Positions 39,147 through 51,598 of a stretch of 64,000 nucleotides of DNA are shown here, one piece after another. Location: NCBI RefSeq assembly GCF_006345805.1, contig NC_043011.1, positions 19,232,464 to 19,296,463 on the forward strand, given 5' to 3'. The first letter of the stretch is position 1. Every line of letters begins with the position of its first letter. The stretch comes from Octopus sinensis. Taxonomy: Eukaryota. Under the pieces are notes generated by a model that searched no databases, had not been told where the DNA came from, and saw only the letters and a list, made by a program, of their open reading frames with translations. Made by a program: the position numbers and the translations under genes.

Positions 39147-39695
39147 TAATAATAATAATAATAATAATAATAACCTCCCCAAAAAACAAAATAATGAAGA
39201 AAAATAATGTAAATACAATTGTTAGAATAATTATGAATTTAAATCCTGCTCGCTCAGATTTTATATTTCATGTGCTCGGAGTGGATGAAATAATTGACAG
39301 TTAAAAAGCATTTCGATGTAATTAAATAATCACTTTCTCTCAATAAACAGGAATCGTGCAAAAATTAGAAAATGTGAAGTTTAAGTAATAGCAGATTAAT
39401 AATAAATACGTAGACTGAAACAGATAGGTAGGTAAGAAGTAAGTAGGTTGATAGGTATGTATGTATGCATGTATTTATGTATGTATGTTGGTATGTAGGT
39501 AGGTAGTAGGGAGATAGATAGTTAGATAGACAGACAGTCAGATTTAGGAATAGATAGATAAATAGACAGATAGAGATAGATAGATAAATAGATAGACAGA
39601 TAGATAGATAGATAGATTGACGCACAGACAGTCAAATAGGTAGACAGACAAATATACGGAGAAGTAGATACAGAGAGAGAGAGAGAGAGAGAGAT
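37776..39695 (+). repeat. tandem duplication, ~945-bp unit x2
   Basis: 37776-38720 repeats at 38721-39695, including unique sequence and (GA)n, (ATT)n(AAT)n and (GATA)n tracts; differences are mostly 1-bp indels and tract lengths. Confidence 0.95.
37990..38035 (-). ncRNA. minimal hammerhead with G8>A (CTGATAA); duplicate at 38936-38981
   Basis: GACAC CTGATAA A GGCTG..CAGTC GAAA CG TT ATGTT. Confidence 0.6.
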
Positions 39696-41162
39696 GGAGG
39701 TAGAGAGAAAAGAAGAGAGAGAGAGAGAGGTGCATGTTTATGACACGCAAATTGAAACTGACAGGCCGGAAAATAAAGAAACGAAAGAAAGAAAACAATT
39801 ACAAAACGCGGAAAATAAAGCGAGGTCAGTGATACGATCAGTTGACGTTGGTAAGTATTTTTGAATTGACCTGTGTCTTAGAGCAAGAGATATGCTAGGT
39901 GATAAATAAAAGTATGGGCAACATATATAGAAGGACAACTGATAGTATTAGAATGAAAATTAGTCACTGTTGCACTATATTTTTAAGATCCCGCTCATTA
40001 TATTAACAAGCTACATATCTTCATATCAAAACACAAGAATGGAAAAACTTGAAACAATTTTCATTTTCGTTTTACATTTTTGCATCATATTTCATAAAAG
40101 CGTCAATCTTTTTGTTACATTCATCTAGTCACATTCTCTCTCTCCCTCTATCTCCCTTTCTCTCTCTCTCCCTCTTCCACTTCCTCTCTCTCCCTCTCCC
40201 TCTCTTCATCCCTCCTCTCTCTCACTATCTGTTATTCTAAAAGTACAGTGTTATGTATCCGTCACGGCTGCTCGGTTTCGTGCTAGGAATGCGATGGAGT
40301 GTTAGGTAATAATCCGATTATATAACGTTACGCTCGTCACAGTTAGCCGATATGGAAGGGAATATAGCCACTGCTCTCTATTGTGGGAGATCAGGTGACG
40401 CATCCGCTTTACGGTTGCTGTGAAAAAGATAGTGAAACGAAAAATGGCAGTTATGTCCCTTGGTTGGATACGCTTTAAAGCCGTTAAGTGTTATCTTGAA
40501 GTGTTTGTGAGAATACGTGCGTTATTAAGTGTGGTGCTCCTGTAGCGACGTCATATGTGTAGTGGTGTCAAATGTATAACTTTTTCCAGAGGTGTAGACA
40601 TATATAATTGTGTTCGTTAGTCTGTTTTCCTTGGTTAAAGTCATTGTAGATTTATGTTAGCGAGCAGTGTGTAATTGTGTGTAGGAGGGGTTTATATATG
40701 TGGGGGTACAATGTGTGTGAAGTGGTATTTGCTGGGGGTGATAGGAGGCAGTCTATTTGGTAAGTGTTCGCCTTGTTAGGGCGTGCGTGTATGTACATGT
40801 GTGTGTTGGTGTATAGTCTGGTCAAACACTAAGCTGGGTTCGAGGGTATTGATGAAACGCCGGCAATAGAGAGCAGTCACCATATTCCCTTCCATATCGA
40901 CAAACTGTCACGAGCATAAGGTTATATTATAGGATTATTACCTGACACTCCATTGTATTCTTAACGTGAAACCGATTGATAAGATCAGCTGTGATCATAT
41001 CAATGCATATACACACATATATATATATATATATACATACTTACATACATGAACACATAGACACATACACACACAGACTTTTATATATATATATATATAT
41101 TAGGAATATGCAAGGCACTAGTTATGCGACTAGAAGATTGCATAGAGTAATAAGCAATATAT

Positions 41163-41197
41163 TAAAACGTTACGTAAGAATTACTTTCATCGGTCCC
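41163..41197 (-). ncRNA. decayed minimal hammerhead-like motif with CCGATGA core
   Basis: GGGA CCGATGA AA GTAA TTC TTAC GTAACGTT TTAA. Confidence 0.4.
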
Positions 41198-41524
41198 AAA
41201 TATATCACATATAAATATTGACTTTAGTGTTTTTATAGAACAAAACAAGTGGTGTAAAAATTACCTATTCTGTTGACGTGCGAACTCGAATGAGTGTAAC
41301 GTTCTTATCCCATGTGTACTGCAGTTAATTCAGTAATGCTTATGTAAGGATTCAATATGTTTACTAGTCGTATTATATTTAATTTTCGATCTGCTTTGGA
41401 TTCGTTGCTGTATCACACTAATTATCTCTATATTCAGCTATCATTCAAGCCCATTTCAAAAGTCATACATACACCTATATATATATGTATGTGTGCGCAT
41501 ATGTGCGCATTTTAGATATAGTAT

Positions 41525-41572
<48 letters not shown>

Positions 41573-42422
41573 TGTATGCCCTCATCCACGTACGTATATA
41601 TATATATATGAGTGTGTATGTATGTACGTAGAGACAGAGAGAATATGTTATGATTTATTTCGAAGTTAATAAATGAGTAATACCATCCCAGTAACGCCTA
41701 TTGAATGCGTAAACGACATGTCTTCCTTGATGTTCGATATTATACTTATTGATTAGTCATTTCGTAGTAGAAATCCATACACTTCTACCGGATATTCTTT
41801 GATATAATTTCACGTTACTCAACACACACACACATACGCATACATAGACACACATGCAGAAACACACACACAGACACACACACACACATACACACACACG
41901 TATATATATATATATATATATATATGAATATATGTGTACAGATATACATACCTGTCTTACACAGAGATTAACAATTGCTTAGCCCGTTAAATCTGCCCCC
42001 AACCAGCCCTTATAAGCTTTTCAGAAAATCGATATTACTTATGGAAATCAATAATTTATTTATGGCACATTTTAAAGAAGCAATAATATGTACACAGAAC
42101 ATTCCTGAATTGCTTTGGTCATACCGTTTTATTGGGAAAGAGAAAAATTATTTTGAAAATTATGGGAATCAGTTATTTTTAAAGTTGTGAGAAGTCGAAT
42201 GTAATAGAAAATATATGAACTAAAATATTTTTTATCGAAAAATAAAATCATTAGAACAAGGTTTTCCTTTCCGTATTTGCGTTAATTTCGTTAATTATAT
42301 AGTATTATCATCACTAGTAAAAATTTCATTATGATTATGCGGATGAATATAATTCATGTTGTTGTTGTTGTTGTTATTATTATTATTATTATAATTATAA
42401 TAATGTTTATTTTTATTTTTTA

Positions 42423-42459
<37 letters not shown>

Positions 42460-42741
42460 CATCATCATCATTATGATTATTATCATTATCATTATTTTTA
42501 TTATTATTGTTACTTGTTGTTGTCGTTGTACTTGTTCTTGTATCAGCAGCAATACTTGTAGTTGCACTGTTGCTGGTGGCAGTCTTAGCAGCAATATCAA
42601 TTGACGTGGTCGCAGTTCTTGCTGCCCTTTTCATGACTTTATTCTCTGATCTATTTCTGCCTACATTATAGGACATTATCAATGAGTTCATACATACAGT
42701 CACACACACACAGACACATTCACACACACATATGTATATGC

Positions 42742-42787
<46 letters not shown>

Positions 42788-43012
42788 TATCAAAAATATT
42801 AAATTTATAAATGTATCAAAGGGACATGAGAGGTGGTGGAGCGTTAGAGTGGTTGTATACTATCAACTTAACGTGACAGACCCGTATGGGAATTGCACCA
42901 CCGCTGTTTAGCCCTAGGAAGCATCGAACGCTTCCTGTCGGCTTTGACACATTTTCTGTGTTCTTATATTTGTGAAGGAGAGGCAAGCACCCCTATCAGC
43001 CAAGATTCACAC

Positions 43013-43054
43013 CTGAGGACATGCATGTTTCGGGGTCTTAACCCGTCATAGTGA
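43013..43054 (-). ncRNA. decayed hammerhead-like motif
   Basis: CT-ATGA C GGG TTAAGA CCC C GAAAC ATGCAT GT C; stem I not recoverable. Confidence 0.4.
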
Positions 43055-43339
43055 GATAGTGATATCTGCTGATATATATATATATAATATATATTATATA
43101 TTATATATAATATATATATATATTAATCAATTTAGGGTAGCAAAAAATTCAGTAAAAATTTATCGCTACCAGCGGCCTAGTGGAAAGAGAAAATAGTCAA
43201 AGACTAAATATATATAAATATAACAATTTAGGAATGGCCTAAACAGCCATTCGTCCCCAGAAAGACATCATCCAGAACTCAAACCGCCAAGTGTGCATTC
43301 GGAAATAAGGTGAAAATTTAAAACGTTTACCCTAATTCA

Positions 43340-43437
43340 TCTTTTATACGATGCATCGTTTCGGTGTTTTAATGATAGACCAGCTTAATTAAATTAAATT
43401 AAGCTAGTCCACCATGGTCACACTTCATCAGTAAAGA
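43340..43437 (-). ncRNA. type I hammerhead, intact core, long stem II hairpin, GUA site
   Basis: TCTTTA CTGATGA A GTGT..ATGGTGGACTAGCTTAATT/AATTAAGCTGGTCTATCAT..ACAC C GAAA CGATGCATCG TA TAAAAGA. Confidence 0.87.
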
Positions 43438-43866
43438 ACATGGGAGAGACGAATATACACTAGCGACTATATCATGCCTCGGGAATATCTGTCTTAAAAC
43501 TTTCAAGACCACCGTTTTTAAATTTTCACCTATTTCCGAATTGCACTACTTGGCGGTTTGAGTTCTGGCTGCTCTTTCTGGTGGACGAATGGCCTGTTTA
43601 GGCCATTCCTAAATTGTTTATTTATATATATTTAGTCTTTGACTATTTTCTCTTTTCCACTAGGCCTCTGGTAGCGATAAATTTTTACTGAATTTTTTGC
43701 TACCCTAAATTGATTATTGATAATTTTCTGACTAATTCTGAGATTGATCGGCAGTTATATTTGCTGCCGATAAGTTTGGCGCGAATGCGTTGGTCTTGAA
43801 AATTTTAAGACAGATATTCCCGAGGCATTGATACGGTCGCCTCGTGTATATTCGTCTCTCCCAGGT

Positions 43867-43963
43867 TCTTTACTGATGAAGTGTGACCTATGGTAGACTA
43901 GCTTAATTTAATTTATTAAGCTGGTCTATCATTAAAAACACCGAAAGATGCATCGTAAAAAGA
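43867..43963 (+). ncRNA. array hammerhead copy 2 (1-bp deletions near stem III)
   Basis: CTGATGA at 43873; GAAA-GATGCATCGTA. Confidence 0.75.
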
Positions 43964-44328
43964 GATTAGGGTAAACGTTTTTAAATTTTCACCTTATTTC
44001 CGAATTGCACTACTTGGCGGTTTGAGTTCTGGCTGCTCTTTCTGGTGGACGAATGGCCTGTTGGCCATTCCTAAATGTTATATTTATATATATTTAGTCT
44101 TTGACTATTTTCTCTTTTCCACTAGGCCGCTGGTAGCGATAAATTTTTACTGAATTTTTTGCTACCCTAATTGATTAATTGATAATTTTCTGACTAATTC
44201 TGAGATTGAATCGGCAGTTATATTTGCTGCCGATAAGTTTGGCGCGAATGCGTTGGTCTTGAAAATTTAAGACAGATATTCCCGAGGCATTGATACAGTC
44301 GCCTCGTGTATATTCGTCTCTCCAGGTT

Positions 44329-44428
44329 TCTTTTACTGATGAAGTGTGACCTATGGTAGACTAGCTTAATTTAATTTAATTAAGCTGGTCTATCATTAAA
44401 AACACCGAACGATGCATCGTATAAAAGA
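44329..44428 (+). ncRNA. array hammerhead copy 3 (GAAA>GAA)
   Basis: TCTTTTA CTGATGA at 44336; GAACGATGCATCGTA TAAAAGA, 7-bp stem I. Confidence 0.75.
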
Positions 44429-44546
44429 TGAATTAGGGTAACGTTTTTAAATTTTCACCTTATTTCCGAATTGCACTACTTGGCGTTTGAGTTCTGGCTG
44501 CTCTTTCTGGTGGACGAATGGCCTGTTTAGGCCATTCCTAAATTGT

Positions 44547-44583
<37 letters not shown>

Positions 44584-45399
44584 AATATATATATATATAT
44601 AATAATATAATTTATATATATATGCCCATACATTATATATATGTATTTGTGTGCATGTATGTATGACTCGTATGATCTTTAAAATACATCATTTATTTGT
44701 TATCCTTTCCCTCATATTTCTATCTCTCACTCACCTTTCAGCATTCATAGAGTTTCATTAGAATTATTGCTGGTTTAATTATTAGATTGATTGCCACATT
44801 TTACTAAACTTATACTCATGAAGAATCTGAATCTGCAAATGATATTTTCAGTTATGCAAACTGCAGAAATTATATTCAAAAGTCGTATCCACATCTGTCT
44901 ACATATCTGATGGTAACCTATTTTCCATGTATTCCAAAATATAAAGGTTTCAGTCTGTTTACTAGATTGATATTTCCAGCTTGTGGGCTTTGCGTATAAT
45001 GGTAACACCAACAGTATTTGTATAAATATTTCTTCTTCTATCAAGTTTTCTTCAATGCAGCTGATGTGAGGTATACCTCTGCGTTTAATTTATACAGTGC
45101 GATTATATCTTTCCAGCAGTTTTAATTCATTTAATTTATAGGTAGTGTATGAAAACAAATTTCAGTCATGTATAAGATGTTTGAAATCAATATGAATTTC
45201 TAATGCTATGTTGCTATTTTCGGTAGTTCCACTAATGACTCCGTAATTAAAGAGTTTTAGTAATTATCTGTTCATCCCGTAAGTAATATCTAAAAATTGA
45301 TCTAATTTTACATTTTATTAAAATTTAACCCTGCATGTAATACCCATCGCTATCGATTGTTGTCTTCCGTCTACTCATCATTTCCTTTAATTCTCTTGA

Positions 45400-46340
45400 C
45401 GAGAAACTCTTTTTGTTTGAATGAGAAGAAAGTAGAGAGTATAATTTCTACCTCTTGCAGGAGTTTGAACACTAATCCATTTAAATGATACTGTAAGCTT
45501 CGGAGAAATGGTAATCAGAAGTGACGAGATCTGGCAAATAAGATGAATGAGGGATTTTCTCCCATCCAAGATCCTCGATGTCTTCTCAGGTAATCTTTGC
45601 AGCATTATGATGAAAAACTACTCCCTCAGGATTCGTCATAACAGGCCTTGTTTTTATTCAAATCAGGATCGAAATGCTTTAATTGTTGGCAATATGTGAG
45701 AGCTATAGCAGTTGCATTAGGTGGTTGCATCTCGAAGTGGATGACTCCAATGCCATCCCACCAAACAGAAATAAGAAGCATTATTGCATGGAGATTCTTG
45801 TTGGGTTGTGGTTTCGCCTGTTCTCCACAATTGCGCAATTGCAAATCAGTTTTCATCATGAATCACTAATGTGTTAAAAAGCGGTGAGATACATTCACGA
45901 GAGTGATGCGATAAGCAGATGTCCACACATTAATTTTGGTTGGCGTCCGTCAAATCATGGTGAATCTATTTTCTGAAATCGGGTACCTTCCCAAGTTGTT
46001 GATGACAGCTGAATGGCTTGAATAGAGATTGCTAGCCAATTCTTCAACTGACACAGAATTATCCTTCTTAAAGTCTGAAAATAGAAACCCATTACCAAAT
46101 ACAACAGGCTGTCCTATTGGTGGCCTCACTCTTAGGTTGAAATCACCATTTTTTAATTTTGAAAACCGTTTTCTACAACTTCGCTCGTTCAAGCACTATT
46201 CTCCATAAACGGAATGGACGTTCTAGGTTGCTTCTCCTGCACCGTTTCCCTTTTTCAACTGGCAAACTATTAGGTGCCTTAAATGCTCCTTCAATACGTC
46301 CACCTTTGAGGGATTAATATTGGCAGTTAATTCAGTCATA
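45400..46340 (-). pseudogene. decayed mariner transposase
   Basis: KEHLRHL..KGNGAGEA..VYGE*CLNERSCRKRF..GDFNL..RPPIGQP; LISVWWDGIGVIHFE..YCQQL; HHNA..LGWEKIPHSSYLPDLVTSDYH (YSPDLAPSDY-like). Confidence 0.9.
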
Positions 46341-46880
46341 TTGTCCTATATAAAGAAATTGTATTATTTTAAATAGTTCCAAATTCATATCAATTAATAC
46401 AATTTGATATTTTAGAATACTATAAACTTTGATAGAAGTTACATATATAATATTTCGGACATTATTTCTGGAATGACAGATGTGACCACCAGTGAAATAA
46501 ATTCATGTCAGCAGATTTACATATGATATCAAATGAAATTATAGCTTCAAAGCGCGGTGAGCGATATTAATCTGACACTGATTTTTTATCCAGGCGGATT
46601 TGAGTAAAATCAATTTTGCACGAAAGTCTGGAAGTTGATATTTGCGACCGCGCATGGGAATTGCTTCTTGTTCAATGCAATGACAAACTAATTTGGCAAC
46701 ATCATGTTTCTATAGAATTATTCAGAAACAATGTTCTATAGAATTATTCAATATACAGTAATACAGATGGAGACTATGTCGGGATAAACAGTATTATTAA
46801 CAACGGAAAATTTTAGCCAACGTCATCAAACGAAGCACCAAAATTTAAGAATTCCTAATAGTGAAGAGATACAATAAAGT

Positions 46881-46946
46881 GTTGCCTGATGATGGGTTGT
46901 CCCTGAGCCTTTTGAACACCTACAGATGGGCTCCAAGCAACCATAA
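46881..46946 (+). ncRNA. decayed hammerhead-like motif
   Basis: GTTGC CTGATGA TGGGTTG..GAGCC/GGCTC..CAACCA TAATGCT GAAAC ACGC GT G GGAAC; extra bases before GAAA and no valid H17. Confidence 0.4.
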
Positions 46947-47063
46947 TGCTGAAACACGCGTGGGAACTGTAATGTAAACTTGTATTTATCCTTTTAGCTT
47001 TCTATCGGTGTGTGTGTGTCTGCCTTTCTCCCTCTCTCTCTTTCCCCCTCTCTTTCTCTTGAG

Positions 47064-47123
<60 letters not shown>

Positions 47124-47126
47124 CAC

Positions 47127-47157
<31 letters not shown>

Positions 47158-47727
47158 AATACATATATTATATACATATATATATATACATATATATATA
47201 CATATATATACATATATATATACATATATATATATACATATATATATACATATATATATGCATATATATATATATATGTATATATGTAGTATTGTATGTT
47301 CAACGAATTCTCTATGCTGTCGATTAACATAGGATAATTCATTCAACTATTTATATATATATATATATATAATATATAATATTGATGTGAGTTTAGAGAA
47401 ATATATTATCCAAACAGATACCGTAGTAGCTTTCAGTTATGTACCAGATTACGGTTAACCGCGGCCATGACTACTAGGACTTGTTACTCATGCTGTAAAT
47501 TACCTAAATGGGTAGTTGGTTTTCTCTTCACTAGTTCGTAATATTATCTTGAGTGTATATTTCCAATAATTATAATGATAGAGAATACGGAGAAAGACAA
47601 TGAACGAAGCTGCACAGAAAATTATACCCAGTTGATTAAGCAACTGCTCATGATGTCTGCAGCAGGAACCCGTGTTGACCGATGTAATCATTAAAATATA
47701 TGCCGTATGACATTTTTTTTTTTTGTA

Positions 47728-47923
47728 CTTGTTTCAGTCATTTGACTGCGGCCATGCTGGAGCACCGCCTTTAGAGTGGTGAAAGAGTACAGCAGGGATC
47801 ACCACCATCCCCTGCCGGAGCCTCGTGGAGCTTTTAGGTGTTTTCGCTCAATAAACACACACAACGCCCGGTCTGGGAATCGAAACCGCGATCCTCCGAC
47901 CGCAAGTCCGCTGCCCTAACCAC
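47728..47923 (-). mobile_element. composite of two SINE fragments
   Basis: GTGGTTAGGGCAGCGGAC..GGTTTCGATTCCC head joined to the tail of the 25.8 kb family. Confidence 0.85.
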
Positions 47924-50273
47924 ATACCGTAAAATGAAATAGATAAATTTTGAGGTTGTACCAGTCTCCATGTTCTCTGTAGATATTATTATTGCAAATA
48001 CATACACACTCACATACGCACGCACATTCACACGTGTATGTATTTCTGCATTTGGGCGACTAGAATAAAAAAAACGGCACTGACATTAATTTTGAAAAAG
48101 AAATGAGAGAGAATGCTCAGAATAAGTACAACTAGCATATGTATTTTATAATTTCCAAGTTGTTAATATAGGTTAAATACATTGTTCAAAGAATGAAAAA
48201 TTTGATCAAACAAAATAAAACGTAAATATTGAATACACACGAAACAAAATACGATAAGCCACGTCTGTACACACGATAGCAATCTTATGATTTACAAGTG
48301 AATTTTGGGTATTATCTTATTTTAATATGGAAACAAATGTGATGGTATCTAGGTTATGTCTTGCAAAATTAGAAAAGCCTGCTTATGTACGGGCCTATTA
48401 TATAAAACAGTAAAAATAATCAAAAGGAAACTAGACTTTCGCAAGACAGAGATTCACTAGTAAAATTATTTTATAGTGCTACGACAAATCGAAAGTGCCA
48501 TGCTGGATGAAAAAAACGCTCTAAAATTAGAAGGCAAATATAATTAGTTTAAAACCAGTCACATATACATACGAAGATGTGTCATCCAAGGTCATCTGTT
48601 ATACTTTCTACATGTTCGCCTGCTTTTGAATTGTAAATTACTGATTGAAATGGGTTTGAATTGGTGGGTACAGCACAAATACATGACAACAAATAATTCA
48701 TGAATCTTACATGGAAAGCAATGTATGTAACCAGTGCAATTAAGCAATGCATCTTTAAATCTTTAAATTGCTCCAGCTTCATAGCTACGGTCGTTATGGG
48801 GCATCGCCGTTTAATACAAAATAGTAATAGTTTGCCTACTTTAGGCACAAGGCCACTCATTTAAGAGGGAGATATAAGTAGAGAGCCTAGACTTCAATAA
48901 TTCACTATTATTTAAACATCACAAGGAAGAAATACAATTTCGAACTTCCCAAGGTGTGAACTTAGAAGTTAAACAGCTGAATAAGAAATATTTTTAGCCA
49001 TTGGAAAATGTATCACTAAAGCAGAACATGGTAATGAAAAAAATCACAAAGACACACGCACTAAAAGATGAAAAGAAATAACAACAAAGAAATAATCTAT
49101 ATTCTGCAGAAGAGAACAAAAGATGAACGACAAAATACGCAACCACATCATATAATTGCCAAATGTATATAATAAATGCCACAAGCGCACACCCCAAAAT
49201 ATCATGACATAGCCAGCTGATTTATACACTCTGTCAGTCAAGATAGACCTTGTATTTGCATTTGTATGTAGAGTCCCCGACAACATGATTTTGAGGAGGA
49301 CTTGCTGTTGCTCTCTCATGCATATCTCTTCTCACTATTTCACCGAGGATTCTCCAAGGGAAACCCAAAGACTTGAACCAAGCCAACTCAGCATTTACGT
49401 CGATAGAAATGGGGCTATCTAAATGCTAACAGGTAAAATGACACTGTACTTCATTTCATCCGTCCCTTTAATAGTTCTACTAATACAACTCTCAATATTA
49501 TTTTTCGTGGGGGGGCACATAAAGGATGGACAGCAAATTTCCTTGTGGTGAAATTTGAAATCAGAAGAGAATGAGTTGGTAAAATGATTCTAAGCTATTC
49601 ACTTCGATAAACTAATGAATCAATTAAACAACGTGCCGGAGGTTTAGATCGATAGGCACTCAAATGATACTGCAAATAGCACTCTTGTGAGTAGACAAAC
49701 CACTAATTCTCATGGTGGTAAGAATAATAAGGAGATAATTCAAATGCTTAAAACTAGAAAAATACATATTCCCACCGATCCAAACAAAACTAATTATTTA
49801 TAAATACAAAAGCTGCCTCTGCGAGATGAGAATTTTGTAAGTAGGCAACTCCTCTGCACTGCTTTGTATGGCAGTAACATATTACATCGTCGTTATAAAT
49901 CAAACTTGCATCATATGCAAATGGTATGCGATTAAAGTCAACCATCTTGTGTTGGCTAGCATGAAGGTGTAATTACAAATGACTCAGAACTGCAACACAC
50001 GGTGTAGATATTCGATCGGAAAATTGGCATAAAATTCGGCTTGTAAGAAAAAAAAATAATGTGCTAACTCATGCTTAACGAGAGAAAAAGTTTATAAAAC
50101 CTATAATATGAAGTTAGAGATAGACAAAAGAGCATTACACCTAAAACACATATAAAAACGCTCAAGAATTAATGAACTACAGACACAGAGGATAAGCCAA
50201 CTTTTAAGAAGGAATTTTATAGATATGCTCGATTAATATTTAATAGTGAGGAGAAAAGACCAGAGATATGGCT

Positions 50274-50333
<60 letters not shown>

Positions 50334-50639
50334 ATGTGTGTATACATACACATATACATACATATATATATATAATATATATATATATATATGTATGAAT
50401 CTCACAGTTGTTCACATAATAATAAGTACTTATACTTTTCAGGACTGGAGTTCAAGCGAATTAGAATGGCTAGAGGCAGACAACGCGAAGAAGAATAATG
50501 ATTGTATTTAGAATGCACAGCCGAAAAGTTCTATAAGGAAACGTGTATTTAGAAAGACAAATTATATTAGAAAGTAGTACATACAACATTTCGAATAAAG
50601 GTCAAGGAAAAAGTCTGTGTGTGTGTGTGTATAAAATTA

Positions 50640-50915
50640 GCCTGGTTCTCAGTCGATTTCGACGATGAGTCGTCCATTTGATCTGATCGATGGAAGAAGC
50701 ATGCACGTGAAATTAACAGGCAATTAGCTGGGCAGGACAACGAGAAGCTTACCCTTAAATTAGTTTTCAGGGAGATTTAGCGTAACACGAAGTGTTAAAC
50801 GCTTCTGAATTACAAGTACAACTGATTTTTGCCAACTGTGAGGACTGGAGTAACGTGAAATAAAGTGTCTTGATCAGAGACACAGCTCACTCCCGGGAAT
50901 CGAACACACAACCTA
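50640..50915 (-). mobile_element. degenerate SINE
   Basis: GGTTGTGTGTTCGATTCCC..AAGACACTTTATTTCACGTTACTCCAGTCC; body similar to 18700-18800. Confidence 0.7.
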
Positions 50916-51476
50916 CTACAACAAAGGAATCTATATAAATGATTAGACATTGTAAGAAAATAATTTTATTTCGTCTACGAAAACGTGTGTACGCAAACAA
51001 ATTGTGACCGGTACGCTACCGTAAGTGTTGCAGCAAAATTAATTTCAGACATCATATGCCACATAAACTTTTATTACTGGCGAACATTCCTTTCTTATAT
51101 AACAAGATATTTTAGTTGACCCAACCTAAATCTTACAGAAATTCAAAACTTACTAGAAATTTTTGAGACCTGATGGGAAATAACTGAAATGTTTCGAACG
51201 TGTGTTTTGTGAAATATTTTGGTCAAATACAATACTTAATGTTTATCGTTTCATGCACTTTGATATATTGTCTACAATAATGTTTGGAACAATCCACTTC
51301 ACAAGCCAGAAGATACATACATTATTGAATTGAATCCAGGCAATGTTGATAAATATTAAAGATACTGCGCTATGTGATTAAATTTATAACATTACATTTA
51401 TAGTTACTACTTTAAAAATGTAGAGATACCATATGTATAAACGCATACAGAAAAATATAAATGTATATATACCCAC

Positions 51477-51514
51477 ATATATGGAGCATATTTGAATTTC
51501 TCTGATCGCACGCG

Positions 51515-51557
<43 letters not shown>

Positions 51558-51598
51558 TAACGCGTGCGATCAGACAAATTCAAATATGCTCCATATAT
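51477..51598. repeat. 38-bp inverted repeat enclosing a (TA)n tract
   Basis: ATATGGAGCATATTTGAATTTCTCTGATCGCACGCG / CGCGTGCGATCAGACAAATTCAAATATGCTCCATAT, 1 mismatch. Confidence 0.95.

Larger units (their letters stand above)
43123..44548. mobile_element. retrozyme-like array: ~389-bp inverted copy + 2.2 direct copies of a ~465-bp HHR-bearing unit
   Basis: Unit starts at ~43513, ~43976, ~44442; 43123-43511 is the reverse complement of ~43791-44179; (TA)n on both sides. Confidence 0.9.

Noticed and set aside
42295-42793. Poly-N/T/I ORFs
   Set aside because: Trinucleotide repeat mosaic, not a credible protein
43123-44548. CRISPR-like or satellite interpretation of the array
   Set aside because: No unique spacers, eukaryotic context, and the unit contains an HHR with an inverted lead copy
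47410-47480. Possible minus-strand HHR (ATGAG..GAAAGCTA)
   Set aside because: Incomplete core and no consistent stem II
48582-49319. Two ~90 aa minus-strand ORFs
   Set aside because: One starts inside a SINE-tail remnant; neither has a recognisable motif or splice support
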